From assembly GCA_951406725.2 (NCBI GenBank), contig OX597831.1, forward strand, positions 71,672,001 to 71,736,000: a DNA stretch of 64,000 nucleotides, in the 5' to 3' direction. Positions 41,292 to 57,125 of this stretch are shown here, in pieces. Every line of letters begins with the position of its first letter. The stretch's first letter is position 1. The translations under genes were made by a program, and so were the position numbers. The notes below the pieces were generated by a model. The model did not search any database, was not told where the DNA came from, and worked only from the letters and a program-made list of their open reading frames with translations. Source of the DNA: Octopus vulgaris (lineage: Eukaryota).

Positions 41292-41722
41292 GAGCGCGTG
41301 TTGTTGAGTATAATATGTAATGTATACATATAATACTTATAACAGGCGTTCAAACAGGAAGCGTAAATTTTAAAGACTCTCATTGTTTATGAAATCTTTC
41401 CTTGAACCATGCCATTCGTAGAACTGGAAAACCAGCTTCGTTTTTTCTCGCTTGTTTTCTCACACAACGCTGTGGAATTACTAACCAGTAAAATTTTGCA
41501 CTTTGTATATAACTTATCCTTAACCCTAACTCTAAAATATTCACCCCCAAACCTAATTCTGCTTTCAGGTTAACCTTATAGCTAGTCCTAATTTTAAATG
41601 TAACGTGCACATTAACAATATCTCTATTACTAAACTTAATCCTATCTCACATATTATCCTTTAATCTAATTCTATATCTAATCTTAAACCAGACACTAAC
41701 TCTTAACTTCAGAATAAATAAT

Positions 41723-42212
<490 letters not shown>

Positions 42213-43588
42213 TATTATGGTTAGTCCACTTTACTCCGGTTTGTCGGTTTCTCTGACGTGTATATTCCTCCCCGAGCGAGAGGCTCGTCCTTGTTAGGAT
42301 TACTCATTTTTAACTAGCATAGTGGACAGAATCAATATAAAATGAAGTGTTTTGCTCAAAAACACAGCGTATCGCCCGGTTCAGGAATCGGAACAACAAT
42401 CGTACGATTATGAGTTCATTACCCTAACCACTAAGCCACGCATCTCCACAACTAAAATTATGCTTCTCAACTCTAACCCTTAAAGTAGTCTTGTCATTAA
42501 AACAAAGTTTAAATTTGGTTAACACTAACCATAGTATTGACCCTCGATCTAAAACAAACACTAACATCTAACGGTTCCTAAAACTTTATGAAATTTGAAC
42601 GATAAAGTTTCTTGCTCTATGTTGTACATCCTCTGCCATTCACATGATTTCTATGTACTCTCCATTGGATTTATAGAAAGTCAGTTGCCTGCATTTATAA
42701 CTTAAATATATGTATTGCATTTGATGGCATAAAAGACGCCTTTTTGTTTTATTTTTTTAAGAAACGTCTCAAAAATCACGCCGGATCCTAAAAATGGAGT
42801 TAGACCTATGTCACTTGCTTTCATGCACAAGAAAAGATGTTTCTTTGAATATGCACTGCTGAAATTGAGTGAATCTAATATACGCGTGCATCTTTTATGC
42901 TATTATTCACAACTGCACCTTCGACAATTTCTGATGACCCTTGGGATAACAGGAAGCTAACCCCTTCTTTTATTCTTTTATATTACGTCAGGGTCTATCA
43001 TCAATTCAATTTCTGCAGACCTATGAAGATAAGAGCTTGTACATCCCACTGGAGTGTATGTAAGATAGCTTCTCTCGACGATGAAGTTGAAGACTTCACT
43101 GCAATGTTAAAAAAACGGTATCTCCTGCGATCCTCTCTTGCTCATGTTACTCATTTTCCCTACTGTTCCAAGTCCTTCTTAACAAAAGACGTCAAGTAAC
43201 TCTTGGCGTCACACCCTCAATAAGGAAGATACCTTCCTTCCAGCTTTATCTCTGCAGTCACGACGGAATGCAGCTCTAGGTTTGTTCTGTGGTGGTATTT
43301 GGAGATGAGAACCAGTACATCCATGTACATTCCACTCAAACATGTCATTTCGCGTCACATTGGTGTTCATCACTTTACTCGTGTTTTGTTGCCTAATGTA
43401 TATGCGGGAGGGAAAGTTGTGTCTTGCACTATTTGTATCTTTTTTGTAACCTCATCTTAAGTTTTGAATATTAGGCACATATTCCCTTATGCTCTTTTCC
43501 GCTTGATAAGAAAACGTGTTTCCATACGTCCCTTAAAGATTCTTTCATCTGTTCTTTTGATTATTAAACATATTCTGCTTCAATCGCG

Positions 43589-43785
43589 AACTTCCTTCTC
43601 GCCTTTCTTAGATACGTCCATCAGGCAAGGAAGTATTTTCCTTGGTGACAAACCACTGCCATTTTGTTTTTACTTATTGTTTTGTCAACTTCCTTCTCGC
43701 CTTTCTTAGATACGTCCATCATGCAAGGAAGTATTTTCTTTGGTGACAAACCACTGCCACTTTGTTTTTACTTATTGTTTTGTCA
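43589..43785. repeat. Tandem duplication, 2 x 98 bp
   Basis: aacttccttctcgcctttcttagatacgtcc... starts at 43589 and 43687 with only a few substitutions. Confidence 0.95.
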
Positions 43786-44272
43786 GGTAATTCTCTTTGG
43801 CTAGAAATGCTAGCCCCCGTTGTTACGGGTGTTGTCGTTGTTGTTACTGTAGTTAATATCTGTACTTGTATCATATAAATAAAATCTTTAAACCAGTTGA
43901 AATTGCGTTATGTCTTTTTTATTATTATTAAACAACGTGAAAATGTCTACTACATTAATAGAATTTGTTTTATTTTAATCTGTTTATATTTTGTGTTGTA
44001 ACGTTCAAAGCTAGTTTTCGTGAGGACATTCACAGCTGTTGTAGAACGGGAAGCCATAGTGAAGTAAATATAAATACGAAATGAAAAATATATGTCGAAA
44101 GCAAAAACAGACCTTTTATCTATACCGGGTATTGGAATAGACGTCCAAACGTTTCGAAGTCTCATGTTTGCAAAATAATCCAAAAATGAAAAATTTTCTT
44201 CCGGTAAAACTTGGTAACAATCCAACTTTCTCCGAGCCGTCTCAAGAGACGTACGAATGCTTCAAAACATAA

Positions 44273-44274
<2 letters not shown>

Positions 44275-44368
<94 letters not shown>

Positions 44369-44512
44369 TATAATAATAATAATAATGATGATAATAATAA
44401 TAATAATAATAATAATGATGATGATGATGATAATAATAATGATAATAATAATAATAATGATAATGATAATAATGATGATGATGATGATGATGATAATAAT
44501 AATAATAATATA
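44275..44512. repeat. (AAT)n/(GAT)n microsatellite
   Basis: Direct reading. Confidence 0.98.
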
Positions 44513-44699
44513 TTAGTTCCCGATGAAAATTGTGTCAATCTAAATAATGAAATGAATTGTATTCTTTGAGTCACGCAAACAGAACAGAAACAACATAAAT
44601 GGACAAAAGGTGAATTTCTTTTTTATTTGCTCATCTACATGTTTACATCATTATTCTACAAAAGCAAATAAATAAAATAAAACAATCATAAATTCGGAT

Positions 44700-45900
44700 C
44701 TAAACGTAACGCTGGACCCCGGCAAACTTTTCTGCCTAGCACTAAAATAATTAACCAATATGTTAAACAGAACTGGACTCGAGTTCATATGCTATGGCGG
44801 CAAAAGTAACGGTGTTTAGATTATAGATGACAGGTTGTAGACTGCCAGTAATAAACAACTAGAAACACAGCTGTGGATAGTACAAGGACTTGAGAAATTA
44901 ATGGAATTCAGATGAGAAAATACGTCGAAGAAATCTGGAAGAGAAGGAAGTTACTTAAAGAGTGCTATTATTATTCTAAAAAACGAAAGAGATATAAAAG
45001 AATTACAACATACACAGACTTACAAATACATAGAAATCAATAAATTAGCCAATGTACAACGCTCAAATGAAAGAAAAGGCCGGGAAAGAATATCATAAAC
45101 GTATTAGATAAATGTAAAATGAGAATACTAGGCATCAGTCATAACTTATAGTTATACTATTTTCTAAAACCTGAACGTCAAATGACCTCGCAAGATTAGA
45201 CAGAAAATGGACTTGAAAAAGTAATAATCGCATTTTGAATATAGCCCACCCAAAATCTAGAATAGAAAATTTTTATTTACCACTTATAGAGAAAGATAGG
45301 GAGGCTTTATACAACTAGGAAACTTGTATTAAGCTTGTATAAAACTGTAGAAATACAAAAATATCTAACAAAGAATAATGGAACCCTAGTACAAATAGGT
45401 ACAAAACACGAAGCAATCAAAAACAATTTTCTCACCTAAAAAACAAAGCCAACAAATACACAAAGCTGAAATGACAGAAATTTTGGAGAAAAGAGGAGAA
45501 ACAGTTACAAAAGTTGTGTAAAACTAAATAAAGTAAGCTTAAAACGGGGCCATAGAATGCCTTTCTAATGTAATTGCAAGTATATATCACAACGTCACAA
45601 ATCTGAAAAGAGTGAAAATATGGAAATAGACGAAAAAATTCACAATACTGAGGCGCACAGGATTCGCAGCTGAAACAGACTTCTTTTCTTTTTTGCAGCA
45701 TAAAATCAGAGTCTTCCAACAAGGAACCACGATAAGCGTATAAGGAAGAATACAGAAAATGTGGAAGTTTGGAAGAAACAATTAACAACATTATCGCACT
45801 TAACCAAGTGAAAATACCTCAATAAATATGACAGAAATTTCATACAGGGGAAGTTACGCCAGTATTAAGACATACAAGCATAAAATATATGGTGTAAGCA
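44700..45900 (+). mobile_element. Highly decayed R4/Dong-type non-LTR retrotransposon
   Basis: Fragmentary peptides TYKY, KEYHKRIR, SVITYSYTI, DLARLDRK, HPKSRIE.FYLP, AETD, NQSLPT, CGSLEETINNII, downstream of a long (TAA)n tract. Confidence 0.55.
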
Positions 45901-46072
45901 AACACCATATATAAAAAGGAGAGAAAAAAAAGAAAAGAATCAGAAGAATGTTAGAAGGGACGGACAACAGGACACTTGCACTTTTGCAGTTTAGCACCGC
46001 GTCGACCAAAGTGCTGCGAGTCGATTTTTCAGATTGAAATTGAAAGATCACCGTACGTACACACACACACTT

Positions 46073-46290
<218 letters not shown>

Positions 46291-47811
46291 ATACACACAC
46301 GATAGGCTCTGATGAAGCTTTAAGGTATTATACTCAGGCACTCAACTATGCACCCACAACAGCTTTAAGGTAATGCAGTTCAGAAGATAAGTGGTTATTC
46401 TTTTGTCATCTCTTTCTTATATATATATATGTGTGTGTGTGTGTGTGGTGTATGCGGGTGTGGGTGTGAATACCTGTGTATACGTGTTTCTGTATACCTT
46501 TGTCTATACAGCATGTGACATGCTTCTTGGCAGTGCAGTGAAAGGGCGCAATAGAAATAAACTACTGAATAACAGCAACATCATCAACTACGACAATAAT
46601 AAAGATAACGGTTTCTACTATAGTACAAGACTTGAAATTTTGAGAGGAGGGGCAACTCGATTTCATGCAACACAAAGCTCGACTGGTACTTATTTTACCG
46701 ACCCCGTAAGATTGAAAGGCAAAGATGACCTCAGTGCGATTTGAACTCAGAGAGTGAAGAAAAGGAAGAAATACCACAATTGTGAGGGGTTTTTTCTCAG
46801 GCATTTTCTCCGTGCATTAAACGATGAAGTTGACCTGGAACACTGATATAAACGGAAAATAAATGCTGTAGTGTAAGATATTTAGTCGAAGACTGCGTGG
46901 TTAAATCATTGCCACATTACCTAACAATACCTAAACGTAACATGTCAGTAAGGGCACATCTTTGTGGTCGTTTGAAGAGCAAGAAATAGCAGTCAAATCT
47001 CGCAATAATTACAACTAATCATAGAGAAGGAAAAAATATATGAATGTATTCCATTCCGTCTCTCATATATGTATGTGCGTGGGCGTGTACGCACGCACTC
47101 GCACGTGGGTGCGAATACAGACACACACACACACACACACACACAGACACACACAGAACCACGCGCGCACACACACACACAACCTGGAACTCATATTTTT
47201 ATAGGCGGAATGCCCTTCATCAAAGGCCTGCTAAATCAAACATGAGCAGGAGAAAGACAACAATATTTAAGCATAAGGCCATAGTGTTCCATATGGAAAC
47301 TGATGAGATTATGTGACATTGATGTATTTTCCAAGCAGCATCCATGCACAACATCGATTTGATTGTCTTAGCGGAGAACAATTGAAAACGATGGAAGCAG
47401 GAATCTGCGTCACTACTCCCAAAGGGAGGTAACTAATACTTTAACCTTAATCAATGTAATGCATCAGCCAGTTTGATAAGCAGAGTTAGGTTTCTTGACT
47501 GAGGGATAAAGAATACGACTTGTAATTGACGCATTCAGGCGAATAATCAAGGTCGAGTTATTGCTAGCTTACGTATAAACATTACAGTATCAACATTGAA
47601 TGCGGAAGACTGTTTCATTGATAAATCTATGAGAGAACTCACCCTCACACAACTGTACTACTAAGAATAATATTTACATTTTATGTATTTCAGTAGATTT
47701 TTTTAATTTTATTTTATTTTATTTCAGCAGGTAAATACCACAACTGGAACATTCGATGGTAGGTAATGCCAATGTATTGCAACCTTAGCAACACTATGTG
47801 ACCCTCGGTAT

Positions 47812-48074
47812 CAGTGGTGCTCAATAGGGTCCATATGGCACTTCAGGACCCACATGAGATTTTGTTGTTAAAATTTATCTGCAATAAATTGGTTACACTT
47901 CTACAATTCACAAAATATGTTAATAAGTTTTTAATACAATTCCAAAATAATTTTTAATTATAAAAATACAATGGGATTTTTTAAAAACATGGAATGGCTA
48001 GGAAAGTCCAAGCAAATCAAATAGATATCAAAACGGTCCATAAGTAGAAAAAAAAAGGTGGCTGAGAAAGACTG
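47812..48074. mobile_element. Degraded hAT-type MITE
   Basis: CAGTGGTGCTCAA...CTGAGAAAGACTG ends, imperfect 8-bp flanks (ctcggtat/ttctgtat), ggtcca subterminal motifs. Confidence 0.55.
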
Positions 48075-48121
48075 TTCTGTATCCCTCCAGTCGACACACA
48101 CGAACATCACAGAAGTAAATA

Positions 48122-48535
48122 TATTTCTTTACTGCCCACAAGGGGCTAAACACAGAGGGGACAAACAAGGACAGACAAACGGATTAAGTCGATTACATCG
48201 ACCCCACTGCGAAACTGGTACTTTATTTATCGACCCTCAAAGGATGAAAGGCAAAGTCGACCTCGGCGGAATTTGAACTCAGAACGTAGGCAGACGAAAT
48301 ACCTATTTCTTTATTACCCACAAGGGGCTAAACACAGAGAGGACAAACAAGGACAGACATAGGTATTTAGTCGATTACATCGACCCCAGTGCATAACTGG
48401 TACTTATTTAATCGACCTCGAAAGGATGAAAGGCAAAGTCGACCTCAGCGGAATTTGAACTCACAACGTAACGGCAGACGAAATACCGCTAAGCATTTCG
48501 CCCGGCGCGCTAACATGTCTGCCAGCTCACCACCC
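48122..48535 (-). mobile_element. SINE family B dimer with TSD
   Basis: 15-bp TSD TCACAGAAGTAAATA (48107-48121, 48539-48553). Confidence 0.9.
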
Positions 48536-48552
48536 TAGTCACAGAAGTAAAT

Positions 48553-48859
48553 AGGCGCTGACACGGTTGTGAGGTTAAGACACTCGCTTTGTCAGTGGCG
48601 TGGTGTTGGGTTCAGTTCCATCGCGTGGCACCTTGGGCAAATGTCATCTGCCATAGTACTGGACAGACTAATACTTTTGTGAGTTAATTTGGTAGACGGA
48701 AACTGCGTGGAAGCCCGTCATATGAGTACATAATACTATAATATAGTATATATCATAACATACACACACATACACACACACACACACAACATGATTACTG
48801 CTTTATTTTATCAAACTTTTATTTGTCGTTCACGACGAGAGAATCATTATATCTATCTA

Positions 48860-48892
<33 letters not shown>

Positions 48893-48901
48893 GTCTCTCC
48901 C

Positions 48902-48938
<37 letters not shown>

Positions 48939-49012
48939 GTATGTATTATGTATATATGTGTATGTATGTATGTATTTGTGTACACACACATATATACATG
49001 TATGTATATGTA

Positions 49013-49059
<47 letters not shown>

Positions 49060-49062
49060 GTA

Positions 49063-49106
<44 letters not shown>

Positions 49107-49423
49107 GACTCCGCCGGTTACGACGACGAGGGTCCCAGCTGATACGATCAACGGAACAGCTTGCTCGTGAAATTAACGTGCAAATGGCTGAGCATTCCAC
49201 AGACACGTGTACCCTTAACGTAGTTCTCGGGGATAATCAGCGTGACACAGAGAGTGACAAGGCTGACCCTTTGAAATACAAGTACAACTCATTTTTGCCA
49301 GCTGAGTGGACTGGAGCAACGTGAAATAAAGTGTCTTGCTCAAGGACACAACGCGTCGCCGGGAATCGAACTCACAACCTTAAGATCATGAGCCGAATGC
49401 CCTAACCACTAAGCCACGCGCCC

Positions 49424-49467
<44 letters not shown>

Positions 49468-49690
49468 AGAGGGGGTGTTTGTGTTCGTTTCCTCCTACCG
49501 CTTCACAACCAGTATTGGTTTGTTTACGTAGCCGTAACATGGTTGTTTGGCAAAAGGTGATAGATAGAATAAGTACCAGACTTAAAAAAAAAGAAAGACA
49601 TATGCATACGTGGGTCAATTTGTTCGACTAAACTCTTAAGAGCAGTGCCCCAGCATGGCCACAGTCCAGTGACTGAATCACATACAAACA
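48553..49690 (+). mobile_element. SINE family A with a SINE D nested in its microsatellite
   Basis: Head 48553-48720, 3' half 49470-49690. Confidence 0.7.
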
Positions 49691-50140
49691 AAATCAGTGA
49701 ATGAGTCACTATGTGGAGACTCGACTTGATAGAATTAGCAAGCAAAACCTCGTTCACCTTACATCCTATCTTCCCACCTAAAAACAGCAGCTGTACATGT
49801 ATAAATCTAGCGTTTTCGTTTTCGTTTTCGTTTCTGTTCCTGTTTCCATTTTTGTATACATTCGTTTGCCTTTTCCAGATGCATAATGCTTTTAGCTTAA
49901 GTCCCTGGTGCCCGCCGGATTCGAGCAGTCTCAAAGACAAGGGGGGCGAAACTACACGGACTTTCCGGACTCCGACTGATGAGCAAATCGCCTGCGAATG
50001 ATTCGAGTATCTTGTTTTGGTCCTGTTTACCGTTTGTCCTACTATCGTCTATTTTCCCGCTTGTTCTGTTTTATTGGTTTCCGTTTGTTGTGTTTTTTTT
50101 GTCCTAACTTTGACTTATATATATATGTACATATATATAC

Positions 50141-50239
<99 letters not shown>

Positions 50240-50257
50240 TATATTATATATATATAC

Positions 50258-50303
<46 letters not shown>

Positions 50304-51004
50304 CACTTTAGTTTGTTCAGCCAACATGGAAAGAAAATTGAGAAGGAGGGAGAAAAATAAAAAATAAAAAGATTGAGAGTGCGAAAGAGAGCATTTCTCT
50401 TGCTTCTTTGAAGTATTATGGAATTTTTGAAAGTTTGTGTAATACCGTTGGGGTAGGATTAAGTAAAACTAAACTTCTGAGTAAGGCATTCAGATATTTG
50501 AGAGTCTAAAACTTTCAAGCAGTATGTGCAGAGAGCAGTGGGTGGGAACTGACTTTGGTACGTTGTGTGTATGCATGTGTGCATTGATGTATGTATACAT
50601 ATACATGAATGTGTGTAGGTATGTATGCATGTATACGCGCACATGCGCGCACACACACACACACAAACACACTCTGCATGACGGTTGCTTCCTCGTTCTT
50701 GAGTATACGATCGCGAAGCCGATACACCAAGCGATACCTATACATACATGATACATTTTAAAGTGAGCAGAGGGATAGCACCACAACCAATCCCACTTTC
50801 TGAAGAACGAAGACAGGCACCCCAAAATTCCCAGTCAGTAATCTGGTACACCATCACAACACTCTCATGGTTCTCCGTTCAGTGAACCAGTTGTACCTGT
50901 CGTTCGTTGAAAACGGGTCAATCCTCTGCGCAGCCATTGTTTTCTGAGCCAAATTCACCAATTTGTCGATGATTGCTACAGGAACTACACGAGCAATAGC
51001 AGGC

Positions 51005-51932
51005 TACATACATACATACATACATACATACATACATACATACATACATACATACATACATACATACATACATGCATGCATAAATACATACATGCATACA
51101 TACATACATACATGCATGCATAAATACATACGTGCATACATACATACATACATACATACATACATACATGCATACATACATACATACATACATACATACA
51201 TACATACATACATACATACATACATACATACATACATACATACACACATACATACATACATACATACATACATACATACATACATACATACATACATACA
51301 TGCATGCATAAATACATACATGCATACATACATACATACATACATACATACATACATGCATACATAATACATACATACATACATACATGCATGCATAAAT
51401 ACATACATGCATACATACATACATACATGCATACATACATACATGCATGCATACATACATACATACATGCATGCATACATACATACATACATACATACAT
51501 ACATACATACATACATACATACATACATGCATACATACATACATACATACATACATACATACATACATACATGCATGCATACATACATACATACATACAT
51601 ACATACATACATACATACATACATACATACATACATACATACATACATACATACATACATACATACATACATACATACATACATACATACATACATACAT
51701 ACATACATACATACATACATACATACATGTATGCATACATACATACATACATGCATACATACATACATACGATACATACATACATACATACATACATACA
51801 TACATACATACATACATACATACATACATACATACATACATACATACATACATACATACATACATACATACATACATACATACATACATACATACATACA
51901 TACATACATACATACATACATACATACATACA

Positions 51933-51963
<31 letters not shown>

Positions 51964-52137
51964 CATACATACATACATACATACATACATACATACATAC
52001 ATACATACATACATACATACATACATACATACATACATACATACATACATACATACATACATACATACATACATACATACATACATACATACATACATAC
52101 ATACATACATACATACATACATACATACATGCATGCA

Positions 52138-52168
<31 letters not shown>

Positions 52169-52259
52169 TCATACATACATACATACATACATACATACAT
52201 ACATACATACATACATACATACATACATACATACATGCATGCATACATACATACATACA

Positions 52260-52290
<31 letters not shown>

Positions 52291-52833
52291 GCATACATAC
52301 ATACATACGTACATGCATACATATATACATACATGCATACATACATACATATATACATACATACATACATACATACATACATACATACATACATACATAC
52401 AAACATACATACATACATACATACATACGTACATACATGTATGCACACATACATACATACATACATACATACATACATACATGCATGCATACATACATAC
52501 ATACATACATACATACATACATACATACATACGTACATACATACATACATACATACATGCATGCATACATACGTACATACATACATACATACATGCATGC
52601 ATACATACGTACATACATACATACATACATACATACATACATACATACATACATACATACATACATACATACATACATACATACATACATACATACATAC
52701 ATGCATGCATACATACATACATACATACATACATACATACATACATACATGCATGCATACATACATACATACATACATACATACATACATACATACATAC
52801 ATACATACATGCATACATACATACATACATACA

Positions 52834-52864
<31 letters not shown>

Positions 52865-52865
52865 G
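51005..52865. repeat. ~1.9 kb (CATA)n tetranucleotide array
   Basis: Direct reading; CATG, TAAA and CGTA variant units; source of the 300-700 aa YIHT/MYVC pseudo-ORFs. Confidence 0.98.
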
Positions 52866-53004
52866 TATATAGACATAGACATGTGCGTAGAGACATGCAG
52901 ATACTCACACACACACACACACACATACTCACATACACATACACACATACATACAACGTTGTGTGTGTGTGCGTGCGCGTGTGTTTGTAGGAAACTTGTA
53001 GTCT

Positions 53005-53730
53005 ATGTGGTAAGAAATTTGCTCCCCAAGAACATGGTTTTGGGTTCAGTCCCACTGCGTAGCACCTTGGGCAGGTGTCTTGTACCATAGCCTCGGGTCA
53101 ACAAACCAAAGCTTTGTAAGGGAGTCTGGCAGACGGAAACTGAAAGAAGCTCGTTATATATATATATATATACACACATACATATACGCGGGAATGGGTG
53201 TGTGGTAAGTAGCTTGCTTATCAACCACATGGTTCTGGGTTCAGTCCCACTGCGTGGCACCTTAGGCGAATGTCTTCTACTATAGAGTGAGTAGATTTGG
53301 TAGATGGAGACTGTAAGAAACCCGTCTTATGTGTGTCTCTGTGTGTGTGTATGTGTGTGTGCGTGTGTGTGTGTGTGCCTGTGTGTGTATTTCTGTGTCT
53401 GTTTTTCCCCAGCATCACATGACAACCGATATTGGCTTGCTTACATCCCCGTAACCTGGCGGTTCAGCAAAAGCAACAGATGGAATATGTACTAGGCTTA
53501 CAAAGAGTAATTCCTGGGATCGATTTGTTCGACTAAAGGCGATGCTCCAGCATGGTCGCTGTCGTGATTGAAACAAGTAAAAGAATATGTATGGATGGAT
53601 GTATATATTTATGTGGGCGTGTTTTGACAACCGATGTTGGTGTATTTATGGCCCCTTGTAAGCGAGAGGTTTGGCAAAATAGACCGATAGAACAAATACT
53701 AGACTTATAAAGAATAAGTCCTGGCGGTCG
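53005..53730 (+). mobile_element. Nested SINE A inside SINE A
   Basis: Head 53005-53155, complete copy 53188-53585, second 3' half 53625-53730. Confidence 0.75.
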
Positions 53731-53890
53731 ATTTCTATACACACACATACATATACACTTATATAGTTTATTTCCCTTAGATCATTAAAAGTTTTCATTA
53801 TGCAAATGTATGCAAGTTTGTGTACATCCATGTGTATACGCATTGTGTGTAAGTAAGTGTATGTGTGTATCTATATGTGAGTGCACGTAT

Positions 53891-54121
53891 AGGCGGCGAG
53901 CTGGCAGAAACGTTAGCATGCCGGGCGAAATGCGTAGCCGTATTTCGTCTGCCGTTACGTTCTGAGTTCAAATTCCACTGAGGTCGACTTTGCCTTTCAT
54001 CCTTTCGGGGTCGATAAATAAAGTACCAGTCAAGCACTGGGGTCGATGTAATCGACTTAATCCCTTCGTCTGTCCTTGTTTGTCCCCTCTATGTTTAGCC
54101 CCTTGTGGGCAGTAAAGAAAT
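53891..54121 (+). mobile_element. SINE family B monomer with TSD
   Basis: TATATGTGAGTGCAC duplicated on both flanks. Confidence 0.9.
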
Positions 54122-54394
54122 ATATATGTGAGTGCACACATATGTATATAAGAATGTGCATATATATGTTTTCTGAGAGCACGTACGTATATATTCCTCG
54201 TTGATTCCAGGAAAACCGTCAGATCGTTAGTAAATACAAACTATAAAGGTTAACAAATAGCATCACGCTGATAAATCTCGAAAGTGAGACAACATTTCAA
54301 GCCATCCTGCTTTGAGTTTATCACCAAAAGATAAGGTTTTAATGATACCCTGAATTCCGGAATATCTTTAAGCCGGAAGAATAACCCAATATAT

Positions 54395-54589
54395 CATTGG
54401 TTTTCAACCAGGGTTCCGCCAGTACAGTCCAGGGGTTCCGCAAAAAGTAACAAAACTGCTAAAATCGGCAGTAATTTTTAATTCTCCTGTGCAGATATGT
54501 GTGTACAAGACTATTATTGCACAGCGGTTCCCGAGCCAGTGGAATGTTTCCTTGGGGTTCCGCTCCAGCAAAAAGTTTGAAAAGCACTG
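54395..54589. mobile_element. hAT (Charlie-like) MITE
   Basis: CATTGGTTTTCAA...TTGAAAAGCACTG ends, perfect 8-bp TSD CAATATAT, repeated internal GGGTTCCG motifs. Confidence 0.85.
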
Positions 54590-55191
54590 CAATATATATT
54601 AACAAACATTTCGTTCAAGGTTCTGGTGTTAACTCTCCATCTGAGTTACAATGGGATCTGGTCTTTGTCATTTTGCTCAGATTGCTTTCAGTTTTGGTGA
54701 ATCGATGCAACTCAAAATTTTGATTACGATTAACCAGTTACTTTATCTCGCATATTAAAGAATCTGATGTGATGTGGAATTAAACTTGGGAAATTTGAGT
54801 AATTTTAGCCAATCAACAGACAGCGAGGTATTAACATCTTGTTACCATGACAACCGCACATTGTGTTGTTTCACCTGCACACTACGAGATTTACTTCAAC
54901 CGCCATGTTTTGTTTCAATAAAAATGTATGTCTATCAATTAGAATTTTATTATAGATATTCTTTGCCAATTGTCTTAATATTTTACATGTTTTTCATACA
55001 CAGCAAATGCTGTTTGCGATGTTTATACAGTTTCTTGGCATTATGAAGGTGACTGGAATATGTGAACTTAGTACAGATAATTTGACATTATTCTTGAATT
55101 CTGCATTCAAAAACATAGATAAAAGACTGGTATTCCTATTCTTATCGTAGTTTACAAATCCAACCATGAAAACGTCTTTCTCTCCTCCGCC

Positions 55192-55239
<48 letters not shown>

Positions 55240-55263
55240 CATTTATACACATGTGTAAGCCTT

Positions 55264-55315
<52 letters not shown>

Positions 55316-55320
<5 letters not shown>

Positions 55321-55485
55321 AGAGCTTACGAAAAAAACAAAAGACGAAGACAGGTGGTGTATAAAACCAGATGTATTTGTATAACGCTCAGGAATAGAAA
55401 AGGTCTTTTACGTTTCGAGCCTACGCTCTTCTACAGAAAGGGACACAGAAAAAACAAGGAGAGAAAAAAATGTGTGTAGTGGCTA
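55316..55485 (-). mobile_element. Repeat family E, copy 3 (truncated)
   Basis: Near-identical to the reverse complement of 24830-24998; embedded in (TA)n. Confidence 0.65.
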
Positions 55486-55785
55486 TATATATATATCATA
55501 TATATATAATAAATAAATGCGCCCATTTTAAGGCCTAGCCAGGCTCATAGATCCGGTTTCTGTGGCGTATGTGTTCACCAGCTGGACGGGACGCCAGTCC
55601 ATCGCAGTGTTACTCACTTTTGCCACCTGAGTGGACTAGAGCAACGTGAAATGAAGTGTTTTGCTCAAGAACGCAACGCGTCGCCCTGCCCAGGAATCGA
55701 AACCACAATCTTACGTTCCTGGTGCTGACACTTTAACCACTAAGCCACGCGCCTCCACACACACATACACGCATACACACACACA

Positions 55786-56275
<490 letters not shown>

Positions 56276-57066
56276 ACATATATAGAGAGAGAGTTGAAGG
56301 AAAGAGAGAGGAGAGAAAGAGACAATGGTTTCTTAATAGCTCTTCCGCGATATTTCTATGTACCTTATAGTAACAGAGTTCTTTACACAATGCAGATTTA
56401 TAACAAACAACGTGAGCCTTTTAAGGATCTACGCGCCAAAATATTCAATATACTAAAATGATTGTCAATATTTTGTCCCTTTGCGTAGGGTTTCATGTAG
56501 CGTCGTATCTTCATCAGCAAGGAAAAGAACTTCGGATCTCAGTTTAGATTCGCCCTACCCCGAGGGATCAAATCTTGGATGTGAAACTTTCCTTGGTAAA
56601 TAATTGGGAAATAAATGACAAATAGAAAATACGGACACAATCATAGAACATGAACTATGAAACTGTAGTCAGGCTCTCGTGTATCTGTACATTTGGTCTG
56701 AAAATATGTTTATGCATTTTTGGTTCTAAATAAGAAAGATCTGTTCGTTTACAGAGACTCAATGTTTTCTACGCATAATGCACAACTATAAAGCCAGCAA
56801 TTTCGTGGGTGGCGGTAAGTCGATTAGACCAACCCCAGTGTTCAACAGGTATTTATTTTATCGACCCCCCCAAAAAAAACATGAAAGGTTAAGTCGACCT
56901 CGGCGGAATTTGAACTCAGGACGTAGAGACGGATGAATTGCCGCTAAGCATTTTATCCGCCGTGCCAACGATCCTGTTTGCTCGCCGCCTAAATGTTTTC
57001 TTCAATTTTGCCTTAAATGCAAATCCATAATATTGTAGCCTAATAAACATATAACGACATATGCTC

Positions 57067-57125
<59 letters not shown>

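Noticed and set aside
46305-46385. CTGATGA next to a TA tract with a short gctttaaggta repeat
   Set aside because: No stem II or GAAA follows, which is insufficient for a ribozyme call.
50918-53090. ORFs of 259-694 aa (MYVC/YIHT repeats)
   Set aside because: Translations of the stop-free (CATA)n array on both strands; no protein features.
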